DNA of 64,000 nt, taken from an uncultured virus (IMG/VR IMGVR_UViG_3300042261_000720) (Duplodnaviria > Heunggongvirae > Uroviricota > Caudoviricetes). The notes beneath the pieces were generated by a model. That model did not search any database and was not told where the DNA came from. It saw only the letters and a list, made by a program, of their open reading frames with translations. A program made the position numbers and the translations under genes. Positions 10,082 through 17,666 of the stretch are shown here, piece after piece. The first letter of the stretch is position 1, and each line of letters opens with the position of its first letter. The stretch lies in the IMG/VR virus record IMGVR_UViG_3300042261_000720, one strand, 5' to 3'.

Positions 10082-11011
10082 ATGGCAAGGCTAAAAGGAT
10101 ATACAGTATTACGCTATCCTAGAGAGCGATTAGAAGAAGCTGATGACTATTTAAAAATTGATGTTGTTAATTATAAACCACCTGGTTTTGGTGCCAGAGG
10201 TAGTGAACAATTTCGTCTGAAATCATCCGATGATCCAGATTCGGATCTAACAAAAAGTCTTGAGACTCGTGTTGCATCAGTCTATTTACCAATACCCCGC
10301 ACCATCGAAGATGGAAGAAGTGTAGAGTGGGGTGAAGATAAAATGAATTCCCTTGCCGCTGCTGCTGCAGGTGGATTGGGAAGTGCAATAATGAGTAATA
10401 ACCCTGTTCAAAAAATACTTGATAGTGTAATGAAGGGTGGTCAAAGTCTAAAGAATGCAGCAAATGATAAAAATACTCAAGATGCCATTGCAAAAGGATT
10501 TGGAGCAAGTGCGGTAAATGCTTTAATTGGACAAGAAAATATAGACCCATTTGCGGCGGTTACCCGCCAAACTGGTTCTGTACTCAACCAAAACCAAGAA
10601 CTTCTCTTTCGTGGAGTCACTTTGAGAAATCATTCTTTTAGTTGGAATCTAACTCCAAGATCAAAAGCGGAAGCAGATGAAATAAAAGCAATCATTATGC
10701 TTTTTAAATCATCAATGTCTGCGAAAAAACAAGGTGCAGTCGCTGATAGTGGAAAAGGTATTTTTATTCAGTCTCCCGATGTTTATAATTTAACATATTA
10801 TAGTGGAAAAAAACCACACCCATTTTTAAATCAATTTAAAGTTTGTGCCTTAACTTCCTTAAGTGTCAATTATACTGCAACAGGAGCATATGCAACATAT
10901 GCTGATGGTTCACCAATTCAGATAGCACTAGGAATGCAATTCCAAGAACTGACACCAATTTATGCTGAAGATTATCAAACAACCAGAGGACAAATTGGAG
11001 TAGGTTACTGA
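10082..11011 (+). CDS. gp48: Baseplate tail tube cap gp48
   Basis: LNQNQELLFRGVTLRNHSFSWNLTPRS, CALTSLSVNYT, FQELTPIY. Confidence 0.8.
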   Translation: MARLKGYTVLRYPRERLEEADDYLKIDVVNYKPPGFGARGSEQFRLKSSDDPDSDLTKSLETRVASVYLPIPRTIEDGRSVEWGEDKMNSLAAAAAGGLGSAIMSNNPVQKILDSVMKGGQSLKNAANDKNTQDAIAKGFGASAVNALIGQENIDPFAAVTRQTGSVLNQNQELLFRGVTLRNHSFSWNLTPRSKAEADEIKAIIMLFKSSMSAKKQGAVADSGKGIFIQSPDVYNLTYYSGKKPHPFLNQFKVCALTSLSVNYTATGAYATYADGSPIQIALGMQFQELTPIYAEDYQTTRGQIGVGY

Positions 11012-11012
11012 T

Positions 11013-11660
11013 ATGTCTTACTTTAGAGAACTACCCGATTTAGAATATCAATCACCACTAACAGATAGGGTTTCATCAACTCAATATGTCCGTGTCAAAA
11101 ACATTTTTAGAAGACTTAAAATTCGTGACGACTTAAAAAATGTATTTGTTTTGTTTAACAAATACACCATTCCAGAAGGTGCAAGACCTGACACTGTATC
11201 CGAAGAACTATATGATAAACCAGAACTAGATTGGGTAGTTTTAACGGTTGCGAACATTACAAATGTAAGAGACCAGTGGCCACTTAGTAGTCGAGATCTT
11301 TACAGATTTGCAGAAGAAAAATACGGTGATAATTTAAATGCAGTAAGATTTTATGAGACAACTGAAGTTAAAGATTCTAAAAATCGTTTAATCTTACCAG
11401 CAGGAAAAGTTGTTGATGGATCTTTTACTATCCTCAACCCAGACAATCAAACAGAGACATTATATCCTGTCATTGGCATTTCTAACTATGAATATGAAAC
11501 TCGCTTGAATGAATCAAAAAGAAATATTGATATTCTCAAGAGAGTATACTTACAACAATTCTTAACTGACGCTAGAGACATTGCATATTATACAGAGTCC
11601 TCCCAATATATTGATCGCACACTGATCAGAACAGAAAACACAAGAAATAAAATGGCATAA
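11013..11660 (+). CDS. gp53: Baseplate wedge subunit gp53
   Basis: MSYFRELPDLEY, KNIFRR, RPDTVSEELY, DWVVL..NI...QWP. Confidence 0.85.
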   Translation: MSYFRELPDLEYQSPLTDRVSSTQYVRVKNIFRRLKIRDDLKNVFVLFNKYTIPEGARPDTVSEELYDKPELDWVVLTVANITNVRDQWPLSSRDLYRFAEEKYGDNLNAVRFYETTEVKDSKNRLILPAGKVVDGSFTILNPDNQTETLYPVIGISNYEYETRLNESKRNIDILKRVYLQQFLTDARDIAYYTESSQYIDRTLIRTENTRNKMA

Positions 11661-11681
11661 AAAAAGGGGGCGGTTGCCCCC
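11659..11681 (-). terminator. Rho-independent terminator after gp32
   Basis: GGGGGC-AACC-GCCCCC followed by a T run on the minus strand. Confidence 0.75.
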
Positions 11682-11687
11682 ACTTTA

Positions 11688-12611
11688 TCACTCTTCAGCG
11701 AGTCGCTGGAAGTAACTCAGAGTATCATCATCCTCATCTTCATCAACCGCAGCAGCGCGGCGAGTCGGTTGGAGGTTGTTGAGTTCAGTCCGAAGATCAT
11801 CATCAAGATCCTTCACAGGACCGCGAGTGTACTCTTCTTCTTCAGCAACTTCTTCATCCACACGGCGAGAACCTTTGGAACCCAGCACATACTCAAGACG
11901 CTTCTTCAGTTCATCATAGGTTTTGAACTGATCAGCAGCGACGAGTTCAGCAAGCGAATACTGCTTCTTCCATACTGCTTCCATTGCATCATCATCGTCC
12001 AGCAGAGCAGCAGGAGCAGCAAACTCACTGGAATCATAGTTGCGATAACCAGCAACGTTCTTTGCCTTCAGTTTGAAGTTAGCACCTTGCCAGAAGTCAA
12101 ACGGATCGATTGCTTCCTCATCCTCAAACTCAGGTTGCATCGCAGCAGTCAGTTTGTCAAAGATCTTCTTACCGTACTTAAACAGGAAGACTTTACCTTC
12201 GTTAGCGGGATTAGCAGGATCCTTCACCACATAGATGTTGGAAACATAAGTCAGTTTACGCTTTTGCTTACGTGCCAGTTCCTTACCAGCATCGGTGCCA
12301 TTGTTCCACAGTTCGGAGTTCAGTTCCGACACAGGGTCCTTCTGACCCAGAGTAGTCAGAGAGTTCTCAATATACCAACCACCAGGACCTTGGAATGCGT
12401 GACTGTAGAGTTTCACGAACGGAAGGTCCTCACCGTTCGGGGCAGGAAGGAAACGGATCACGGCATAACCATTGCCGCTCTTGTCTACATCCAGTTTCCA
12501 TACGCGGTCATCACTAGAACCGCTACCAGTATTCATTTTTTCTACTTCTTTGACCAGTTTGGCGGTCAGAGATCCCAGTTTTGATTGCTTCTTAAGATCA
12601 GCAAAAGACAT
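11688..12611 (-). CDS. gp32: Single-stranded DNA-binding protein gp32
   Basis: GNGYAVIRFLP, WYIENSLTTLG, GANFKLK, acidic C-terminal tail. Confidence 0.95.
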   Translation of the reverse strand: MSFADLKKQSKLGSLTAKLVKEVEKMNTGSGSSDDRVWKLDVDKSGNGYAVIRFLPAPNGEDLPFVKLYSHAFQGPGGWYIENSLTTLGQKDPVSELNSELWNNGTDAGKELARKQKRKLTYVSNIYVVKDPANPANEGKVFLFKYGKKIFDKLTAAMQPEFEDEEAIDPFDFWQGANFKLKAKNVAGYRNYDSSEFAAPAALLDDDDAMEAVWKKQYSLAELVAADQFKTYDELKKRLEYVLGSKGSRRVDEEVAEEEEYTRGPVKDLDDDLRTELNNLQPTRRAAAVDEDEDDDTLSYFQRLAEE

Positions 12612-12654
12612 TTGTATACCTCGGATAAATTGGATTCGGGGGATTTACTTGGAT

Positions 12655-12683
12655 ATTATAGCAGGGATGACCTCAGCGGTCAA
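12655..12683 (-). promoter_or_regulatory. Sigma70-type promoter for gp32
   Basis: TTGACC-17 bp-TATAAT. Confidence 0.7.
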
Positions 12684-13005
12684 CGTACTGCTTTAAGGAT
12701 TCTATGGTTTGATTCATACTGTTAAACAAGATACTCATATCAGTCTCTGGTGGGAATCCCATCAGAACAACCGATTTACGAAGGTTCTCTTTCATCTCAA
12801 CCGCTTGTGGGTCGTCAGAAAGAGACAAACGTGTATACATTACACGTTGCTTTTCAAGGAGTACTTGCAACTTTTCAATATGTTCCAGTTTATCTTCACG
12901 GTCCATTTTACCAAAAGTGAGAATACTTCCGTAAATCTCCTCTTGTAACTTATTGATTTCTTTCAGTTCTTCTTGAATAATATCGGAATCGAAAAAGTTA
13001 CTCAT
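12673..13005 (-). CDS. Conserved cyanophage protein (DUF1825-like)
   Basis: FFDSDIIQEELKEI, LLEKQRVMYTRLSLSDDP. Confidence 0.6.
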   Translation of the reverse strand: MSNFFDSDIIQEELKEINKLQEEIYGSILTFGKMDREDKLEHIEKLQVLLEKQRVMYTRLSLSDDPQAVEMKENLRKSVVLMGFPPETDMSILFNSMNQTIESLKQYVDR

Positions 13006-13588
13006 TTATAATTTCCCGTAAAATTTTTTTAAACTGGAATACGTCAATATTTAGAAACGGATTATACTTTTTAATTTTTAAACTGACGGTTTCCCACACA
13101 GGATCAAGAAGTTTCTTATCAAAATCTTTTGAGAAACCAAATATTTTGTCGTAAATTACGAATGTTTCTGGCGACAATCTCCCGCTTAGAAACCTTTTTA
13201 GGACTGGTGGATGTCCTTTGGAACAACTCAACGCATCCTCTAATTTTGTCTCCGAGAACAATTCCGTTGATTGTTCTTTGAACAAGTAAGTCAAACTCTG
13301 TTGTCTTCTCATCCAGTCTGCGTATGTTCTTTCTCCAGAATTGATAATTTCTCCAATCCATAAGTTACTAGGTGAATCTGTTGCTACGAAATTTGATAAC
13401 AAAAAATCTAAAATTTCTTTATCTGAATACTTTCGACTCGTTTTCTCAAACCAGTACTTGTCTTTTCTTTTATTAAATGATGTTAGCGTAGCTTTAGATT
13501 TACCACCATACTTAAAAAAGTCATATTTACTGTTCGTAAAATGACTTTTCATAGAAAGATAAGTTTGGTATGTCTCAAAAGGACTCAT
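12998..13588 (-). CDS. gp59: Helicase loader gp59
   Basis: YLSMKSHFT..YDFFKYGGK, FNKRKDKYWFEK; between gp33 and gp32. Confidence 0.8.
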   Translation of the reverse strand: MSPFETYQTYLSMKSHFTNSKYDFFKYGGKSKATLTSFNKRKDKYWFEKTSRKYSDKEILDFLLSNFVATDSPSNLWIGEIINSGERTYADWMRRQQSLTYLFKEQSTELFSETKLEDALSCSKGHPPVLKRFLSGRLSPETFVIYDKIFGFSKDFDKKLLDPVWETVSLKIKKYNPFLNIDVFQFKKILREIINE

Positions 13589-13845
13589 AACGGAAGTTTT
13601 GCTTTAGATGTTTTTTTCATAAAGTTAAGACGGATAGCGTCCCACTTTAATCGCTCTTTTAAAGGTTTGGAAATAAGTTTAGTAACCGATTCTACTTCAA
13701 GACTATTAATTTCACAGTAATGAACAATTGCGTCAATGTAGTTAAAATTTTCTTCTGCTACGATTTTTTCGATTTCGAGAGAAAATTTAGATGGTGTTAA
13801 AAACTTATTCTCAATTGCCTCTTCTAGTTCTCTATTCGGTTCCAT
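13585..13845 (-). CDS. gp33: Late transcription co-activator gp33
   Basis: FSLEIEKIV, YIDAIVHYCE, KLISKPLKERLK; start re-placed at MEPNRE. Confidence 0.8.
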   Translation of the reverse strand: MEPNRELEEAIENKFLTPSKFSLEIEKIVAEENFNYIDAIVHYCEINSLEVESVTKLISKPLKERLKWDAIRLNFMKKTSKAKLPL

Positions 13846-14512
13846 AGGCATTAAGTTTATCTCTAACAAATTCTCTAATATATTTGCTGAGGAGTTTGAT
13901 GTACTTTGATTTGTCATATTCTTCATAAACGACGCATTCTCCATTTTCACAAGCCATAATAATTACAAGTTTTTTGACTGAAATGCCAGTCAGTTCGTAT
14001 AGCATACAACCATATGCCATACACTGAACAAAATAATGTTCAATCCACTCACGTGGTTTAGGTTTTTTAGAAGTCTTAAAGTCGATTATTGCTAACTCGC
14101 CGTTATATTCAGCGATACAGTCAACTGTCCCAGCAATGCCCAGTTGCTTACTATATAGGGATCCTTCGAGGGCATAGATATTATTTATACAATTGAGTTC
14201 CGTTTTCGCAATCTTAAAAAGAAAATCCGCAATCGGCGCAACAGTCGGCAAGTCTTTATTGTAAAGATAATTCTCCACAAGAGAATGCATGTCTGTGCCG
14301 CGAGAAGTAGCCGCCTTAGTAATCTTTTGCGCCTCATCCTCACCAATCTTTTTGCGCCAGTTATTGAAGATTTCACGATTAATATGACTCGTAACAGAAG
14401 TAATCGAAACTAGCTTTAAAAGTTCTTCTTCAGTAGGAACTTTATAATATCGAACACCATCTATAGTCTCCCTCTCAAGTTGAGGGAGATCCAACTCAAT
14501 ATGCTTAAACAT
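13832..14512 (-). CDS. PD-(D/E)XK exonuclease
   Basis: RGTDMH, AGTVDCIAEY, IIDFKTS, YFVQCMAY. Confidence 0.8.
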   Translation of the reverse strand: MFKHIELDLPQLERETIDGVRYYKVPTEEELLKLVSITSVTSHINREIFNNWRKKIGEDEAQKITKAATSRGTDMHSLVENYLYNKDLPTVAPIADFLFKIAKTELNCINNIYALEGSLYSKQLGIAGTVDCIAEYNGELAIIDFKTSKKPKPREWIEHYFVQCMAYGCMLYELTGISVKKLVIIMACENGECVVYEEYDKSKYIKLLSKYIREFVRDKLNAYGTE

Positions 14513-15267
14513 TAAAAACCTGATTCCATTTTTGCAATAATGTATTCTTTGACAAATCCTGAGCGAACAATGTCATCGACTCCAAATTCAATAATATCGA
14601 TAGATGGCATTGCTCTTAAAATTTTCATAAAATCGACAATACCATTCCTTTCATTTGTTTTTATTAGATCTGACTGAGTAGCATCACCACAAAAACAAAT
14701 TTTAGTATTTTCACCAACACGTGTAATTATACTATCTAATTCGTGAAAATTCAAGTTTTGGAATTCATCTACAATCACGATTGAGTTATCAAGTGTTGTT
14801 CCACGAAGGAATGAGGTGCTCCAGAACTTAATAGTTTCTTGTGCTTTGAGATTGCCATAAAGCATCTCAAAGTCAGCATCAGAAGGCATCTGGAACATAT
14901 ACTTCACCATATTCTTATAAGGAATCTGGTAAATGTCTGCCTTGTCGTCGTGACTACCAGGAAGAAATCCGATTTCTCTGGTTGCGACTAAAGAACGAAC
15001 GATATAAACTTTTTCATATGGAGTTCTTTCATCAAGAACATCACATAACGCATTATAAAGAGTAATGAATGTTTTGCCAGTTCCCGCACATCCATATGCA
15101 ACAAGATGTTTTCCTTGTTCATATGAGTCAAACAACCGTTTTTGATTATCGGTCAAAGGTTCGATATCAACGAGAAAGTCAGTATTAATTGGTTTTTTTC
15201 TTCTTAACTGCTTAGCAGTCATACCAATTCCAATTGGTGATTCGTTCTTTCTTTTTCTAGTTGCCAT
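14512..15267 (-). CDS. phoH: PhoH-family ATPase
   Basis: GCAGTGKT, IGFLPG, FLRGTT, DEFQN, GDATQSD, DIVRS. Confidence 0.92.
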   Translation of the reverse strand: MATRKRKNESPIGIGMTAKQLRRKKPINTDFLVDIEPLTDNQKRLFDSYEQGKHLVAYGCAGTGKTFITLYNALCDVLDERTPYEKVYIVRSLVATREIGFLPGSHDDKADIYQIPYKNMVKYMFQMPSDADFEMLYGNLKAQETIKFWSTSFLRGTTLDNSIVIVDEFQNLNFHELDSIITRVGENTKICFCGDATQSDLIKTNERNGIVDFMKILRAMPSIDIIEFGVDDIVRSGFVKEYIIAKMESGF

Positions 15268-15509
15268 TAGATTTTCTTTACAGTAGAACCAGGTGCTTTA
15301 GAAGCTTTATGTAATACGTCGTTCCATCCAGGATTTCGACTGATGAGTTTATCTCTCCACTCACCAACTTCTCCTGGAGTTGCACAACCCTCAGACCAAT
15401 CCCTTTTCCACTCAGGATTGTCTTTATACCATTGAGTAATCTCGTGAACGCTCATTTCGACTACTCGTTTCTCTCCTGTTTCTACATGAATAATGGGATA
15501 GATAGCCAT
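15267..15509 (-). CDS. Conserved cyanophage hypothetical protein
   Basis: MAIYP..ETGE, WYKDNPEW, GWNDVL..KAPGS; coupled to phoH. Confidence 0.6.
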   Translation of the reverse strand: MAIYPIIHVETGEKRVVEMSVHEITQWYKDNPEWKRDWSEGCATPGEVGEWRDKLISRNPGWNDVLHKASKAPGSTVKKI

Positions 15510-15535
15510 AAAGTTATCAAATCAAGATATTTTAT

Positions 15536-16171
15536 TTAGACCCACTCAAGGGATTCTGATACTGAAGGAAACTGTTCGGTAAATACCTTTTTACAGTCTA
15601 GAGCAATGTCCATATGCTCCTTTTGAGTTCCATTTGCCGAACGAAGATTAATATAATGAATCCAGGAGCGGCAAGAACCAGTCATGTAGATCCTTGTGGG
15701 CGTTGCTAAAGGCAGTACAAAGCGAGCGCACTCCTTTGCAATACCCTCATCAAGCATAGTTTGATACAGTGCCATAGCGTCCCTAAAGTGATCTTGGATG
15801 AGCATCTCATACTTCTTAATCACAAAAGGATCAATATCATCAATTGAGTTCTGACGATTTTTAGTATCTTGGCGACGCAGTTCTGGAACTGGAATCTTTT
15901 CTGCAAGCAAAGAAGAATCTGCATAACGTTGAGAAAACTCTTGGAACGTAAAACTACGATGACGAAGAATTTGTGCCGCGATACCACGAGTCGTCTCAAT
16001 CTCTAGAGTCATAGAAGACTGCTCAAAAACAGACCAATGATTATGCTTAATGCAATAAGCAAGCAACTTGGCATAGTTTTCGTTGTCTTGATTCGCAGGA
16101 TTGCTAACTCGTGCAATAAATGCCATTGTTTTTTCTGCATCTGGAGTCACACTGATAAGTTTTACTGTCAT
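15536..16171 (-). CDS. thyX: Flavin-dependent thymidylate synthase
   Basis: HWSVFE, QILRHRSFTFQEFSQRY, ECARFVLP. Confidence 0.93.
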   Translation of the reverse strand: MTVKLISVTPDAEKTMAFIARVSNPANQDNENYAKLLAYCIKHNHWSVFEQSSMTLEIETTRGIAAQILRHRSFTFQEFSQRYADSSLLAEKIPVPELRRQDTKNRQNSIDDIDPFVIKKYEMLIQDHFRDAMALYQTMLDEGIAKECARFVLPLATPTRIYMTGSCRSWIHYINLRSANGTQKEHMDIALDCKKVFTEQFPSVSESLEWV

Positions 16172-16332
16172 TTCTTTCCAAATCCCTTTGATGTGTATGA
16201 TTCAATTTCTCTCAACTGTTCTTTTAACTCACGAAGTTGAGATTTTAGTTCTTTAATTTCTTCACCAGAATATAGGTGTTCTTGCTTGACGAGTCTCTCA
16301 AGCAGTTTAATCAATTGTTTTGCTCTAGACAT
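16168..16332 (-). CDS. Small coiled-coil hypothetical protein (54 aa, not in ORF track)
   Basis: Hand translation MSRAKQLIKLLERLVKQEHLYS...KGFGKK; ATGA overlap with thyX. Confidence 0.6.
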   Translation of the reverse strand: MSRAKQLIKLLERLVKQEHLYSGEEIKELKSQLRELKEQLREIESYTSKGFGKK

Positions 16333-16334
16333 TA

Positions 16335-16505
16335 TTAATCGGGGTATCCATCATCATCTTCAAAGATTTCATCATAGTCTGTGATGGGTGAAGTATTTCT
16401 TTTAGGTGGTGTATAAGCAGAAACATCTGAGTATACTTCTGCTTTAAGAGAATCTACGAGTAATTCTAAGTTTCTTACAATCAGTTTCAGTTTATCCTTG
16501 TCCAT
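16335..16505 (-). CDS. Small hypothetical protein (56 aa, not in ORF track)
   Basis: Hand translation MDKDKLKLIVRNLELLVDSLKAEVYSD...YDEIFEDDDGYPD. Confidence 0.65.
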   Translation of the reverse strand: MDKDKLKLIVRNLELLVDSLKAEVYSDVSAYTPPKRNTSPITDYDEIFEDDDGYPD

Positions 16506-16674
16506 TAGATTCATTATAAAAATCAGTTAACCATTCTTTCATTATTTCTTTCATACCCTCAACTTCACTTGATGGAAAATACATTTCTCTCCCCTCAATT
16601 AAATGTATAGAGAGTTTTAATTTGATTCCCTCAAAAAATATGTCCGCATACTTGTCTAAAAGTTCTGGAGTCAT
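16492..16674 (-). CDS. Hypothetical protein (60 aa)
   Basis: ATG after AGAGGA RBS and downstream of a sigma70-type promoter. Confidence 0.5.
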   Translation of the reverse strand: MTPELLDKYADIFFEGIKLKLSIHLIEGREMYFPSSEVEGMKEIMKEWLTDFYNESNGQG

Positions 16675-16696
16675 TTTTCCTCTACTAATTGGTTTA

Positions 16697-16735
16697 ATTC
16701 TACACAAAAAAAGAAGGAGAGTCAACCCCCCCTTC
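16697..16735 (-). terminator. Terminator hairpin overlapping a sigma70-type promoter
   Basis: AGAAGGGGGG-TTGA-CTCTCCTTCT then T run; TTGACT-17 bp-TAGAAT overlaps it. Confidence 0.65.
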
Positions 16736-16755
16736 TATTATGTATTGATTCTATT

Positions 16756-16839
16756 TTATTTAAATAGAAATTGTATATAAAGCGACAATAAAGTAATTAC
16801 AACCGCACAACCTGCGGTAATTTGTAATACTGCGAACAT
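16756..16839 (-). CDS. 27-aa hydrophobic peptide
   Basis: MFAVLQITAGCAVVITLLSLYIQFLFK; start overlaps upstream stop (TGATG). Confidence 0.45.
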   Translation of the reverse strand: MFAVLQITAGCAVVITLLSLYIQFLFK

Positions 16840-16937
16840 CACTTTGCTCCAACAAGTTGTGCTAGTTGTGCTTGATGACGACGCTCTTCTTTTTGTTTTT
16901 GTTCTTTAATGATTTGTAGGAAGTTAAGTTTCTTCAT
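16839..16937 (-). CDS. 32-aa basic Gln-rich peptide
   Basis: MKKLNFLQIIKEQKQKEERRHQAQLAQLVGAK; ATGA coupling and GGAGG upstream. Confidence 0.6.
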   Translation of the reverse strand: MKKLNFLQIIKEQKQKEERRHQAQLAQLVGAK

Positions 16938-17098
16938 TTGCCCCCCTCCCAATTCCAGTTGTTGCATGGACGATATGCGGTTCCACGATATACATTCTGT
17001 GGATGGGATGGAGCATGAGTTTCAGAATACCAATGTTGATATTCTTGCTTAGGGGTGTCAGTGTTATACTTGCACCCTCTATAGGTTGCTTGTGACAT
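16934..17098 (-). CDS. DUF4278-like small protein (54 aa, two YRG motifs)
   Basis: MSQATYRGCKYNTD...NVYRGTAYRP...; strong AAGGAG RBS; directly 3' of a glutamine-riboswitch-like motif. Confidence 0.75.
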   Translation of the reverse strand: MSQATYRGCKYNTDTPKQEYQHWYSETHAPSHPQNVYRGTAYRPCNNWNWEGGK

Positions 17099-17131
17099 TA
17101 GGTTTTCTCCTTAGTTTTTGAGGTTAAAGAG

Positions 17132-17300
17132 CGTTCCTTCAGTCGGCTTTTGCGTCTATTTTGCACTCTTTGGGAGCAATTTGTTTTAACTCCCAAATCA
17201 ATTCATTCTTTGCTTGTTTGGGAATGTCCTGTTTTTGGACTCTCCCAGCAATCAACTGTGCTTGTAGGCAAGTTAGAATGAGTGCTTCCATAGATGAACG
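17132..17300 (-). ncRNA. Glutamine-riboswitch-like aptamer 2 (glnA/Downstream-peptide family) with a very long P2 loop
   Basis: CGTTC-A-TCTAT...ATAGA-CGCAAAAGCCGACTGAAG-GAACG; P1 CGTTC/GAACG, P2 TCTAT/ATAGA plus GCACTC/GAGTGC. Confidence 0.7.
17139..17291 (-). CDS. 50-aa two-Cys peptide nested in aptamer 2 (not in ORF track)
   Basis: MEALILTCLQAQLIAGRVQKQDIPKQAKNELIWELKQIAPKECKIDAKAD; similar to the 68-aa ORF upstream. Confidence 0.55.
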   Translation of the reverse strand: MEALILTCLQAQLIAGRVQKQDIPKQAKNELIWELKQIAPKECKIDAKAD

Positions 17301-17303
17301 ATC

Positions 17304-17554
17304 CGTTCCGAGTCGGCTTACTTCCGTCCTATTCAGTTTAGCACTTAAGTCTCACAACATCCTTTCGGAGTTCTGACAGCAATCGGTCTTCTCTTCTTTG
17401 ATCTACTACATCGTCGTTTTTAACGATGTCCATTAGTTCCCACGCTGCGTCGCAACTTATTGTCACTTGATTAGTTTGGGCAAGTTGGGGCGTAGAAATA
17501 GAAAGAAGTGGAACCCATGCTAAAAGCAAAAGTGCTTTAGTCATAGGATGAACG
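17304..17554 (-). ncRNA. Glutamine-riboswitch-like aptamer 1 with a very long P2 loop
   Basis: CGTTC-A-TCCTAT...ATAGGA-CGGAAGTAAGCCGACTCG-GAACG; the CGGAAGTAAG junction matches the glnA motif; extra pairing AGCACTT/AAGTGCT. Confidence 0.7.
17338..17544 (-). CDS. 68-aa two-Cys peptide with hydrophobic N-terminus, nested in aptamer 1
   Basis: MTKALLLLAWVPLLS...TISC...LLSELRK...KC; the ATG lies inside the P2 stem. Confidence 0.55.
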   Translation of the reverse strand: MTKALLLLAWVPLLSISTPQLAQTNQVTISCDAAWELMDIVKNDDVVDQRREDRLLSELRKDVVRLKC

Positions 17555-17610
17555 TTAGGGGAATATTATACCCCTATCCATTGTATATATGCAAGTAATA
17601 TCTTAAAACC

Positions 17611-17624
17611 GTAACAATAGATAC
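17611..17624. promoter_or_regulatory. NtcA-type box
   Basis: GTA-ACAATAGA-TAC (GTA-N8-TAC), about 55 bp upstream of aptamer 1; TACAAT (17580-17585) and TATAAT (17565-17570) lie downstream on the minus strand. Confidence 0.5.
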
Positions 17625-17666
17625 AAAAATGTATCAATATTATACTATTTTATATTAAAATGTGTA

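Noticed and set aside
11769..12584. 271-aa plus-strand ORF
   Set aside because: Antisense shadow of gp32 caused by its codon bias; no motifs
13832..14512. Cas4-like nuclease as a sign of CRISPR
   Set aside because: Core T4-like exonuclease beside phoH; no repeat-spacer array or other cas genes seen
17631..17645. Second NtcA box (also GTA...TAC near 46796-46810)
   Set aside because: Spacing is N9, not N8
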